The notes under the pieces are model-generated. The model was not told the origin of the DNA. It worked only from the letters and a program-made list of their open reading frames with translations, and did no database searches. From contig CAVSHY010000024.1 of assembly GCA_963727865.1 (NCBI GenBank), positions 108,844 to 172,843 of the forward strand: a stretch of 64,000 bases of DNA. Direction: 5' to 3'. The stretch is from an uncultured delta proteobacterium. GTDB taxonomy: Bacteria; Desulfobacterota; GWC2-55-46. Both the position numbers and the translations under genes were made by a program. Below are positions 37,799 through 46,275 of the stretch, one piece after another. How positions within the stretch are numbered: the stretch's first letter is position 1; each line of letters begins with the position of its first letter.

Positions 37799-38933
37799 AT
37801 GGGTTATAAAAAAAATACAGCCGATAGGCGAGATACTCAAGGCTAAGGGGATCATAACCTCCCCGCAGATCGAGGAGGTCCTTCGAATAGGTGAAAGGAC
37901 AAATACCCGCGTGGGAAAGGTCCTTGTAAACCTGGGTTACGCGACCGAGATCGATATAGCCGAGGCCCTCGCAGACCAGTACAGGATCCCTTTCGTAATG
38001 CTGACGAGCACCATCCTCGACCCCCGGCTCATAAAGCTTGTCCCTGAGGCGATGGCAAGGCGGGATATGGCCATACCCGTTTTACTCGAGGGCGACATAT
38101 TGAAGGTCGCCATGGTCGACCCCCTTGACGTATTCGCCGTCGATGAACTTGGGAAGGTCACCAAGTATAAAATAAGCCAGCTCGTAACAACCGGGACGGA
38201 GATACTAAAGGCGATTAACCGGTACTATGGCACGGGATCATCGGCCGGGGACGCGTTAAAAAATGGCGGGACGATCGAGGGCATCAAGCGCGGCTACAGC
38301 CCTCCCGAAGAACATATTGCCGGCGGGACCTCAAAAAAAAGGCTTACAGGATACGGCATATCTTTATCCATAGGTATTTTAACAGTTCTTGTTCTTCTCG
38401 TTCTTTCCGCCCTTTTAAAACCGGACATAAACCCTCGGACGAAATCAACCGTCGAATCCCGGCAAATTGCGTCTGAGCGCAATAAAAAAGGGGTATATTT
38501 CTACATGCTGGGCGAATTCCAGAGCGCGGTCAGTGAGTTCAATGAAGCGATAAGGCTGAATCCCGGAAATAGCGTTCTCTATAATAATCTCGGGCTGACG
38601 TACAGCGCCCTTGATAAAGGGCATGAGGCGGAAGAGTCTTTTAAGAAGGCTTTGGCCATTAATCCGGACTACCCGGAGGTACTGAATAATTACGGCTCGC
38701 TTATGGATAAGCTCGGAGAGCCTAACAGGTCCAACGAATTATATAAAAAGGCGATACTGATTAATCCGAATTACCCGGCTCCATTTCTAAACCTTGCCAT
38801 CTCACTTGAGAGGCAGAATAAATTCAGTGAAGCCGTCGCATACTATGAGAAGTTCATGGAGCTCAGTAATGACGCTACCATGAAGAACGGGATAAGAAAT
38901 AAGATTTCCAGGTTAAGGTCATCAGGGTATTAG
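37799..38933 (+). CDS. MshEN (GspE N-terminal-like, putative c-di-GMP-binding) domain - TM - TPR repeat protein; the 5' end is disturbed by an A8 run
   Basis: The ORF track starts at GTG 37911, but the frame is open from 37761 and encodes KKIQPIGEILKAKGIITSPQIEEVL, the first half of the domain. ATG 37799 joins this frame if A8 (37808-37815) is A7. The C-terminal half has TPR repeats. Confidence 0.6.
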
Positions 38934-38989
38934 CTTTCATTGTTATTACGTTTAAAAAAACATAAACCGGTTTAGCGCTCGCGGCAGGC

Positions 38990-40030
38990 ATGTTTCCTTT
39001 AACTGATAAAAATCTGATAGGCATCGATATCGGCTCTTACTCTGTAAAGTTCGTCCATCTTGAAGGAGGCCCTGGTTCTTATACCCTGAAAGCCGCCTCC
39101 TGCGTGAGAGTCGGGAAGGATGCCGGGGAAAGTCTTCAGGGCCTGCTCGGCGGGTTCGTTAAGTTTCAGAATCTGAAAGGGAAAAGGTTCGCGGCCCTCA
39201 TGTCGGGGCATTCTCTTACCTTCAGGCATCTCAACCTCCATGTAATGCCAGAGAAAGAGATGAAGGACGCAGTTAAGCTGGAGATAATAAAAGAAGCGGC
39301 GATCCCGCCTGATGAGATTGTCTGCGATTATGTTCTTGCCGGCGGTGAGGGCAGAACCTCCGGCGGGAATACCCGCCCTGTTATAGCGTTCGCGGCCATG
39401 AAAAGCGATGTCGAGAAAACGATGAACTTTTATAAAAACGCGGGTCTTGAGCTGAAGGTGCTTGAGGCCATGCCCACAGCCCTCCTTTCGGCTTTTGACA
39501 TGAATAACAGCTGGGGGGAAGGGGAGAATTACGCCATGCTTGACATAGGCCTTTACAAGAGCACCCTTGCCATATTAAAGAACAGAAGGCTCGTTTTCGC
39601 CAGAGAGATATCCATCGGGGGCAGCGACCTCACTCACACTTTTTCCCAGGTCCTTTTTAAGGAAGAGGAGGATGCCGACGAGTATAAGAGCGTTCACGGT
39701 CTGGACGCGCCGGCCGGAGAGACCGACCCGTTAAAAAAGCTGCTCGTCTCCCCCCTGGAAGCTCTCTGTTCAGAACTCCACAGGTCTTTCGACTACTACC
39801 AGGCTCAGTTCAGACAGGGCCGTGTAGCGAAGATTTTCCTTTCCGGAGGCACCGCGAGGCTCAAGGGCATCGAAGGTTTCATGACCGGGGTTCTTGGCAT
39901 ACCGTCATTTGCCGACGACCCTTTCAGGTCGGTAAATCTCCATAGTAACATAGACAAGGATGAATTAAGGTCGATCGCCCCCTGTATGACCGTTGCCGCG
40001 GGGCTGGCCGCGAGGATGTGCCAGGCATGA
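38990..40030 (+). CDS. pilM: type IV pilus assembly ATPase-like protein PilM (actin/FtsA-like fold)
   Basis: 346 aa. The N-terminus LIGIDIGSYSVKFV, ..AMLDIG.. and the GG.ARL.G pattern are typical of PilM. Confidence 0.8.
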   Translation: MFPLTDKNLIGIDIGSYSVKFVHLEGGPGSYTLKAASCVRVGKDAGESLQGLLGGFVKFQNLKGKRFAALMSGHSLTFRHLNLHVMPEKEMKDAVKLEIIKEAAIPPDEIVCDYVLAGGEGRTSGGNTRPVIAFAAMKSDVEKTMNFYKNAGLELKVLEAMPTALLSAFDMNNSWGEGENYAMLDIGLYKSTLAILKNRRLVFAREISIGGSDLTHTFSQVLFKEEEDADEYKSVHGLDAPAGETDPLKKLLVSPLEALCSELHRSFDYYQAQFRQGRVAKIFLSGGTARLKGIEGFMTGVLGIPSFADDPFRSVNLHSNIDKDELRSIAPCMTVAAGLAARMCQA

Positions 40031-40272
40031 TTAAAGGCATAAACCTGATCCCCGATGAAGTGCGGAGAGAGCGGTTTTTAAGGAAGCGGCGAAATGCCCT
40101 TATCGCCGCGGCTGCGGTGTGCCTTGTTCTTCTTGCCCTTATTTACATGAACCGGAGGTTTGCCGTTAATTATAAGCGTATGGAAACGGCCGGCACATCC
40201 GCGGCCGCGGACGAATCTCTATCGTATACAGGGGTTCTTCCGGCTGACAGGGACGAAAAGTTATTGAGATAG
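40027..40272 (+). CDS. pilN: short PilN-like protein (PilM-binding INLIP motif + TM, periplasmic domain missing)
   Basis: MIKGINLIPDEV..RK.. is followed by one TM helix. It is only about 81 aa, against roughly 180-200 aa for typical PilN. It overlaps the pilM 3' end. Confidence 0.5.
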   Translation: MIKGINLIPDEVRRERFLRKRRNALIAAAAVCLVLLALIYMNRRFAVNYKRMETAGTSAAADESLSYTGVLPADRDEKLLR

Positions 40273-40334
40273 GTAAGTCTCATGTTATACTTCAAGACAT
40301 TCGATAGTAAAGCGCGATAAGATGGAGGCCCTGA

Positions 40335-41081
40335 TTGAAGATTAAAAATTCCAAGGGAAGAATCCCGGCGTTTAAGGCAATTTTCTTAATAATAGTTATT
40401 GGCGCTTTCGCCTTCTTTTTCTCCTCCTGCGGTAAAAATCAGGAAAACGGGCCTGAAGTCATATCTAAGAGGGTAAAGCTTACGGACTCGGGCGACGAAC
40501 AGCAAAAGCCTGATTTAAAACCGGCGGCCGGTAATATGCCGGATGTTAAAGCCGACCTGCCCGTAAAAGAGGCGGTAAAAAATAAATCAGAAAGGCCCAC
40601 CATAAAGGTTGAAATATCCGAAAAAAAAGAGCCGGAGGTTCTTAAGGAAAAGGCCAAACCAGGATTAGCTGTAAAGGAAAATAATAAGAAAGAGGCTCAG
40701 GTCCCTAAAAAACCCGAAAAAATTCAAAAAGCTGAAATTCTCGAAAATAATAAGACCAGTAAAGCCTCAAAAACAGTCTCGAAGAAACCTGCCCTTAACA
40801 GGAACGCCATGGTTTTAAAACGATGGGCTGTTAACGTGGCGTCCTTTCCGAACGAGAATGAAGCCAAAAAACTCGTGAACTCTTTAAAATCCGCCGGATA
40901 TAACGGTTATATTACCGAATTCATGAAGAACGATATAAGATGGCACAGGGTGAGGGTAGGCTTTTACCGTTCGAGAGAGGAAGCTCAAAAGGCCGGGAAA
41001 AGAATCAGTGCTAAATTCAAGATTAGTTCATCCTGGGTCGTAAAACCGGCTAAGAAAGAGGCTCAGGAACATATCAACTGA
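40335..41081 (+). CDS. SPOR-domain lipoprotein with a Lys/Glu/Pro-rich linker
   Basis: 248 aa with a TTG start after a GGAGG RBS. It has a lipobox-like FFSSCG and a C-terminal SPOR pattern WAVNVASFPNENEAKKLV...YRSREEAQKA. Confidence 0.75.
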   Translation: MKIKNSKGRIPAFKAIFLIIVIGAFAFFFSSCGKNQENGPEVISKRVKLTDSGDEQQKPDLKPAAGNMPDVKADLPVKEAVKNKSERPTIKVEISEKKEPEVLKEKAKPGLAVKENNKKEAQVPKKPEKIQKAEILENNKTSKASKTVSKKPALNRNAMVLKRWAVNVASFPNENEAKKLVNSLKSAGYNGYITEFMKNDIRWHRVRVGFYRSREEAQKAGKRISAKFKISSSWVVKPAKKEAQEHIN

Positions 41082-41112
41082 ACGCCCTTGGTGGGCAGGT
41101 AAGGTTTAATTA

Positions 41113-41150
41113 CCTCGTACCGAGTCGCCGGCGATAGACGAGAGGTTTTT
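41113..41150 (+). terminator. possible terminator hairpin + T5 after the SPOR gene
   Basis: CCTCGT...ACGAGAGG with an internal TCGCCGGCGA palindrome is followed by TTTTT. Confidence 0.3.
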
Positions 41151-41377
41151 ATATCTCCGCTATTTATCTGAGAGTTCTTTGTTTAAGAGTTTTTAGCCAT
41201 TAACTGAAGTAGTTTACCGGAAAGCCGCACCAGCCCCTCAGCCTCTTCAGGCCTTTAGAGTTCAACCATCGTAACGCAAAAATTACCTTCAAAAACAATA
41301 TGTTATTCAGTGCTACCCTTACGGACATCCCGCGCGATACCCTTAAAGAAACCCTTGACTAATGTGGATTAAAAAAC

Positions 41378-41657
41378 TTAAAATGAAAGTGTGTAGCGAG
41401 CGCTCTGCCCGAAGAAAAGCTGCGCTGTAAGAGCGAATAGAATTTTTAAAGTCCTGCGCGAGACGCCTTTCCTTGTCAGGCGCCCCATGAAGGACTCTGA
41501 AAAAGTCCTACGCGAGACGCCGCTCTTTTTCAGGCGCCACAAGAAGGATATTTTTAACGTCCTTCACGAGACGCCGCTTATTTTCAGGTTCTCCATAAAG
41601 GCCTCTGAAAAAACTTACATTTGGAGGATTAAGCGCGGCTTGCCGCGGGGAGCTTCT
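41378..41657. repeat. intergenic repeat element, copy B (head + 3 x 54-bp tandem units + tail hairpin + GGGGAGCTTC)
   Basis: It aligns with 15157-15377. Units start at 41451, 41505 and 41559. TTGACT-N18-TAAAAT (41355-41384) overlaps its head. Confidence 0.75.
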
Positions 41658-41701
41658 AAATAAGGTATTGTAATCCTTAAAAAGCTCGTAGCCCAATAAA
41701 A

Positions 41702-43069
41702 ATGGAAAATCATTTAAGCAAGTCCGTTGAGAGGTTTGTATTTCTCGAGACCTTTGGCTGTCAGATGAATGAAAACGATTCTGACAGGATGCTCGGGCTT
41801 TTAAAGGCTATCAAATATACCAGAACAAACGAGCCCGAAAGAGCCGATCTGATAATAATAAATACCTGTTCCGTAAGGGATAAGGCGGAACAGAAAGTCT
41901 ATTCTAGGATAGGCAGGTTCAAGGAGCTTAAAAAGGAAAAGCCCTGGCTCGTTATCGGGGTCAGCGGCTGCGTCGCCCAGCAGGAAGGGGAAGCTCTTTT
42001 AAAAAGGGCGCCGTACCTCGATATAGTATTCGGCCCTCACAATATCCATAAGCTCAAGGGGTTCCTGAACGAGGCGTCCCTGGAAAAGAAGAGGATAGTT
42101 TCAACGGAACTCTATGAAAATATCGATGCCGGCGAATTCGTTTATACCCCGGTTGAGAAAGGGATTAAGGCGTTCGTAAGCATAATGCGCGGCTGCGATA
42201 ACTTCTGCTCTTACTGCATCGTCCCTTACACAAGGGGGAGGGAAGTAAGCCGTCCGAGCCGTGAGATCATAGAGGAGGTTACGAGACTGAAAGACTCTGG
42301 CGTAAAGGAAGTTACCCTCATCGGGCAAAATGTAAATTCCTACGGGACAAAGGGGAGAGGCGGCCTTAAATTCCATGAGCTATTGAGGGAAGTAGCCCGG
42401 GTAGATGGGGTAGAGAGGATACGTTTCATAACCTCGCATCCCAAGGATATATCGGAAGAGCTCATTTATCTTTTTAAAGATGAACCGAAACTCTGCAGGC
42501 ACATACATCTGCCGGTGCAATCGGGGTCTGACGCGGTTCTAAAGAATATGAGGAGGGGGTATACGGCAGAGGAATACCTCGCCAGGGTTTCGTTACTGAA
42601 GAAGCTATACGCGGACTTCGCCATTACAACGGATATAATAGCAGGGTTTCCGGGGGAGAGCGAAAGGGATTTCGAACTTACCATGAAACTTTTAAAAAGC
42701 GTGCGTTTTGAAAATATTTTTTCCTTCATGTACTCCCCGAGGCCGAAGACAAAGGCGGCCCTCCTGAAGGATCAGATACCTCTGGAGATAAAAAGAGAGA
42801 GGCTAAAGATTTTGCAAGAAACTCAAAAAAATATTACAATGGAGAAGAACTCCGGTCTTGTCGGAAAGACCGTCGAAGTCCTTGTCGAGGGCAGAAGCAA
42901 GGGAAACGGGGATGAACTCTCCGGAAGGACTCCGTGCAACAGGGTCGTAAACTTCCCCGGGCCGGGGAATATGGCATTCGGTCTAACCGATGTAAAGATA
43001 ACCAGGGCCTTACCGAACTCTTTACGGGGGGAATTATTAAATAACAGTAAAGGCCAGGCACGGCCGTAA
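41702..43069 (+). CDS. miaB: tRNA-i6A37 methylthiotransferase MiaB
   Basis: 455 aa with UPF0004 N-terminal cysteines (GCQMN, NTCSVR), the radical SAM motif CDNFCSYC and a C-terminal TRAM domain. Confidence 0.95.
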   Translation: MENHLSKSVERFVFLETFGCQMNENDSDRMLGLLKAIKYTRTNEPERADLIIINTCSVRDKAEQKVYSRIGRFKELKKEKPWLVIGVSGCVAQQEGEALLKRAPYLDIVFGPHNIHKLKGFLNEASLEKKRIVSTELYENIDAGEFVYTPVEKGIKAFVSIMRGCDNFCSYCIVPYTRGREVSRPSREIIEEVTRLKDSGVKEVTLIGQNVNSYGTKGRGGLKFHELLREVARVDGVERIRFITSHPKDISEELIYLFKDEPKLCRHIHLPVQSGSDAVLKNMRRGYTAEEYLARVSLLKKLYADFAITTDIIAGFPGESERDFELTMKLLKSVRFENIFSFMYSPRPKTKAALLKDQIPLEIKRERLKILQETQKNITMEKNSGLVGKTVEVLVEGRSKGNGDELSGRTPCNRVVNFPGPGNMAFGLTDVKITRALPNSLRGELLNNSKGQARP

Positions 43070-43090
43070 CACTTTCAAAAAGGAGTTTTT

Positions 43091-43588
43091 ATGCTTTTAA
43101 AGATGAAAGTATTCGGACTTACGATAGACCCGTTTACAAACGTGCCTATAGTTATCCTTAAGGATATGGAAGAGAAGAACGTGCTTCCGGTCTGGATAGG
43201 CGTCCTTGAGGCAAGCGCGATAGCTTCAGAGATCGAGAAGATACAGTTCTCAAGGCCCATGACCCATGACCTGATGAAGGAAGTCTTAAAGAACCTAAAC
43301 GCCACGGTAAAAAAGATCGAAGTGAACGATTTGAAGGACAATGTCTATTACGCCACCATCTACATGTCCGCGGAATCCGGCGATTTCACGATAGATGCCA
43401 GGCCCAGCGACGCCATCGCCATGGCGCTCAGGATGAGCTCGCCCATTTTCGTTGACACAAAGGTTCTTGATAAATCAAAGAGTATCGATCTGCGCGACTC
43501 TGAGGGGAAAAAGGGAAAAGGCTCGAAGGATTTGTTGGAGACCCTTGAAGAACTCTCTCCCGGCGATTTCGGTAAATATAAGATGTAA
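43091..43588 (+). CDS. bifunctional nuclease (DUF151/BFN) family protein
   Basis: 165 aa. PIVILKD...LPVWIG..EA..I......RPMTHDL.... and ARPSDAIA are typical of the family. Confidence 0.8.
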   Translation: MLLKMKVFGLTIDPFTNVPIVILKDMEEKNVLPVWIGVLEASAIASEIEKIQFSRPMTHDLMKEVLKNLNATVKKIEVNDLKDNVYYATIYMSAESGDFTIDARPSDAIAMALRMSSPIFVDTKVLDKSKSIDLRDSEGKKGKGSKDLLETLEELSPGDFGKYKM

Positions 43589-43690
43589 CAGGGCCGCACT
43601 TGAGCTCGTGCCTGTCATGACGGCTTAATCCGGCTACTGACGGAAGAGCCGTGCCTGTATCGAGTAACTAAAAAACGGGAGTTCTGGCTA

Positions 43691-44692
43691 TTGGATACGG
43701 AGACTAAATCCACCCTCACGAAGAAGGTATTCCCCAGCAGGTTCTATGACGCTTTCTTTATAAACGAATACGGCAAAATCGAGTCCTTGCGGGCTTCCCG
43801 GCACAATAATACCTTCTCAATCATTCTTATAAATATCGAGCGCCTGGGGGATAGGGATCCTTCTGAAGAAGGAAAATCGCTTGATTTTTTTAAAAGGCTT
43901 GTTACGGCTGTGCTTGATTCATTAAGAGACAGCGATATTGTCGGGATATACGACGACAAGAACATAACGGCCATTCTGCCTGAAACGGATTATTTCGGCT
44001 CATTAAATACTATCAGAAAAATCTCGGGCTCAATCGCCAATTTGCAGAAAGATTACCCGGGCTCATCGATAATAAGTTCTCAGGCGACGTTTCCGCAGGA
44101 TGGTAAAGGTTACGGGGAGCTTTTAAGCGCCGCCATGAAGAGGGCCTCTCTTAAAAAGGAATCCCTGTGGGAAAAAGAGGCCCTTGGAACAAGGCTTTTC
44201 TGGGAGATAATCTCAGAGTTAACCGGAAAGTCATTTTCGGGGTTTAATGACTCAAGCTTTGACGCGGGGGACGGGTACGGGGTCCCCGGCGTTTTCATCG
44301 ACCAGATAAATGATTTCATACTCAGGGAGATGACGCGTACGCCTCTGAAGAAAGGCATACTGTACCTGGCCGCGAAGAAGATATCGCAGGGGTTCCCGAT
44401 AATGAAAAATTTGAATTCCGCGGGGAAGTTGTCCACAAAGGCATTCCTCGTAGGAGAGAAAGAGGATAATCTCTGGAATATTAAAAACGCGACCCCGATA
44501 CTCATCGACGACCCGCGCTTAAGGGAGACGTTCTTTACTTTCTACCTGAGCGAGGACGCCGGTTACGCTCTCATCTACAGGGAGAACTGGGGTTCTGCCT
44601 TTTCCTGTTTTCACTCGGCGGACCCTTACCTGGTGGAGGGTCTTATCTCCAAGTTCCAGAGAGAATATTCCCTTCAAGAGCAGCTCGGATAA
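43691..44692 (+). CDS. degenerate GGDEF-like domain protein with an uncharacterised (possibly DICT-like) C-terminal sensory domain
   Basis: 333 aa with an uncertain TTG start. The GGDEF-fold pattern FSIILINIERLG...DSLRDSDIVGIYDDKNITAILPETD has the GGDEF signature replaced by DDKNI. Confidence 0.5.
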   Translation: MDTETKSTLTKKVFPSRFYDAFFINEYGKIESLRASRHNNTFSIILINIERLGDRDPSEEGKSLDFFKRLVTAVLDSLRDSDIVGIYDDKNITAILPETDYFGSLNTIRKISGSIANLQKDYPGSSIISSQATFPQDGKGYGELLSAAMKRASLKKESLWEKEALGTRLFWEIISELTGKSFSGFNDSSFDAGDGYGVPGVFIDQINDFILREMTRTPLKKGILYLAAKKISQGFPIMKNLNSAGKLSTKAFLVGEKEDNLWNIKNATPILIDDPRLRETFFTFYLSEDAGYALIYRENWGSAFSCFHSADPYLVEGLISKFQREYSLQEQLG

Positions 44693-46221
44693 TGGATAAA
44701 AACAACGTTCTCCTCGCATTCAAAGACGACGATGAAATCAGCAAGGCAACCGGGTACCTGGCGAAGGCGGGTTTTGAGGTAAGGACCGTAAAGGACGGGG
44801 CCAGGGCGCTTGAGCTCGCTATCGGAGAAGTGCCGGCGATTATAATCGTTGACCTGGACCTGCCGATAATAAGCGGCGAGAGGATATTCCATATCCTGAG
44901 GAATAACCCTCATACATCGAAGGTCCCTTTCCTTTTTGTCTCTGACCGGATAGCCGACATAAAAGGATTCAGGTCCGGAGTTGATATCTTCCTCAGAAGG
45001 CCTTTGAACATGGAGGAGGTGAACGGGAGGATACGGCATACCCTCGCGATTCAAAGCAGAACCACCGACAGAAAGGAACTGGAGGGGAATCTAACGCATA
45101 TATCGCTCCCCGATATCCTGCAGTTCCTGCACTTTAACAAGAAAGAAGGCGAACTCAGGGTCATTTGCGGTGAGATGGTCTCAACAGTTTTTATCAAGGA
45201 GGGCGAGATATATAACTGCGTCCTGGATGGCGTTGAGAAGGAAAAGGCCCTTTTCAGGGTACTCGGGTGGAACGAGGGGAAATTCGAATTCCTGCCCGGC
45301 CCCGTGAAAGCGGCTAAAAAGATCGAGTCATCTACGGGAAACCTTCTTATGGAAGGGATGAGGCAGATCGATGAGTTCAGAAAGCAGCAGGACCATTTTC
45401 CGGACAAAAATACCGCGCTTAAAACCAGGCTGGACTCCGCTTCACTGCCGAAGGGCCTCAACCCGATTATTTACGAAGTAATCGAGCTTTTAAAGGTTTA
45501 TACTACGGTCAACGACATAGTTGAACACGCCTCATATCCCGATTATGAAGCGTATAAAAGCTTATCCTCGCTTATAAGCAAGGGTATAGTCGAGGAGGTA
45601 AAGGTCAGGGAGGAGGGAAGGTCAAGGGAATTTCTCACGCACGACCAGGCCGTAAGCATCAGGGAGAAGATATTAAGCCATTACAGCGATATCTTTAACC
45701 CGAATTACTGCAGGGTCTTCCTTATCTCCACATCCGGAAGCCTTGCCTCGGCTTTCATTAAACAATGCTCGCTCGTCTCGGGCTTTTCGATAAACCATAA
45801 GGTTTTTCGCCAGGCACCGTTGAACCCTTTCGGCGACGTCGCCTCAATAAAGCTCCATGGCGGCATGGAAGTGGCGCTTTTCTCAATGCCATTTGTAAAC
45901 AACATGGGGCCGATCCTGAAGGCGTTCTCGACAAACCTGATCGGGCTCGTCCTTTTGTGGGACAACTCCGCCGGAATGGAGACGAAAGAACTCGTCAACG
46001 CCAAAAAAGAGATACTCCAGCAAAGGCGGGTGCCGGTGGCTCACATCTGTAAGGAGCCGACCGGTCAAAACGGTTCTATCGGGTCTTTTTACAAAAAGGA
46101 ATTTGACCTGAAAATTGACGAGCCCCTGTTCAGCCTGGACGGAGGGGAAAAGGGAAATGTCTTTGAGGTCTTTTACTCGCTTTTCGGAAATCTGATGAAA
46201 GAGGATTATGTCGCGGTCTGA
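44692..46221 (+). CDS. response-regulator receiver - DUF4388 (PATAN) - degenerate MglA-like GTPase domain protein
   Basis: 509 aa. REC is seen as IIIVDLDLPIISG. DUF4388 is seen as LEGNLTHISLPDILQFL...GEL. The C-terminal Ras-like layout has its P-loop replaced by STSGSLAS. The start overlaps the upstream stop (TAATG). Confidence 0.65.
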   Translation: MDKNNVLLAFKDDDEISKATGYLAKAGFEVRTVKDGARALELAIGEVPAIIIVDLDLPIISGERIFHILRNNPHTSKVPFLFVSDRIADIKGFRSGVDIFLRRPLNMEEVNGRIRHTLAIQSRTTDRKELEGNLTHISLPDILQFLHFNKKEGELRVICGEMVSTVFIKEGEIYNCVLDGVEKEKALFRVLGWNEGKFEFLPGPVKAAKKIESSTGNLLMEGMRQIDEFRKQQDHFPDKNTALKTRLDSASLPKGLNPIIYEVIELLKVYTTVNDIVEHASYPDYEAYKSLSSLISKGIVEEVKVREEGRSREFLTHDQAVSIREKILSHYSDIFNPNYCRVFLISTSGSLASAFIKQCSLVSGFSINHKVFRQAPLNPFGDVASIKLHGGMEVALFSMPFVNNMGPILKAFSTNLIGLVLLWDNSAGMETKELVNAKKEILQQRRVPVAHICKEPTGQNGSIGSFYKKEFDLKIDEPLFSLDGGEKGNVFEVFYSLFGNLMKEDYVAV

Positions 46222-46228
46222 CAGGATG

Positions 46229-46271
46229 TTGAAAATGCATAGCGAGACAAACAAACCTAAAAAAGGACTCT
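46229..46271. repeat. short fragment of the repeat family (head TTGAAAATGCATAGCGAGAC ... AAGGACTCT)
   Basis: A 16-mer, TTGAAAATGCATAGCG, is identical to 15157-15172. The unit tail motif AAGGACTCT lies at 46263-46271. Confidence 0.4.
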
Positions 46272-46275
46272 TACG

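Noticed and set aside
41487-41663. 58-aa plus-strand ORF reading through repeat B in frame (18-aa periodic VLRETP..F.R...KD....)
   Set aside because: The 54-bp period keeps the frame open by construction. The paralogous copy A has an in-frame TAG at the equivalent position. There is no RBS. Differences between the copies preserve hairpins rather than amino acids.
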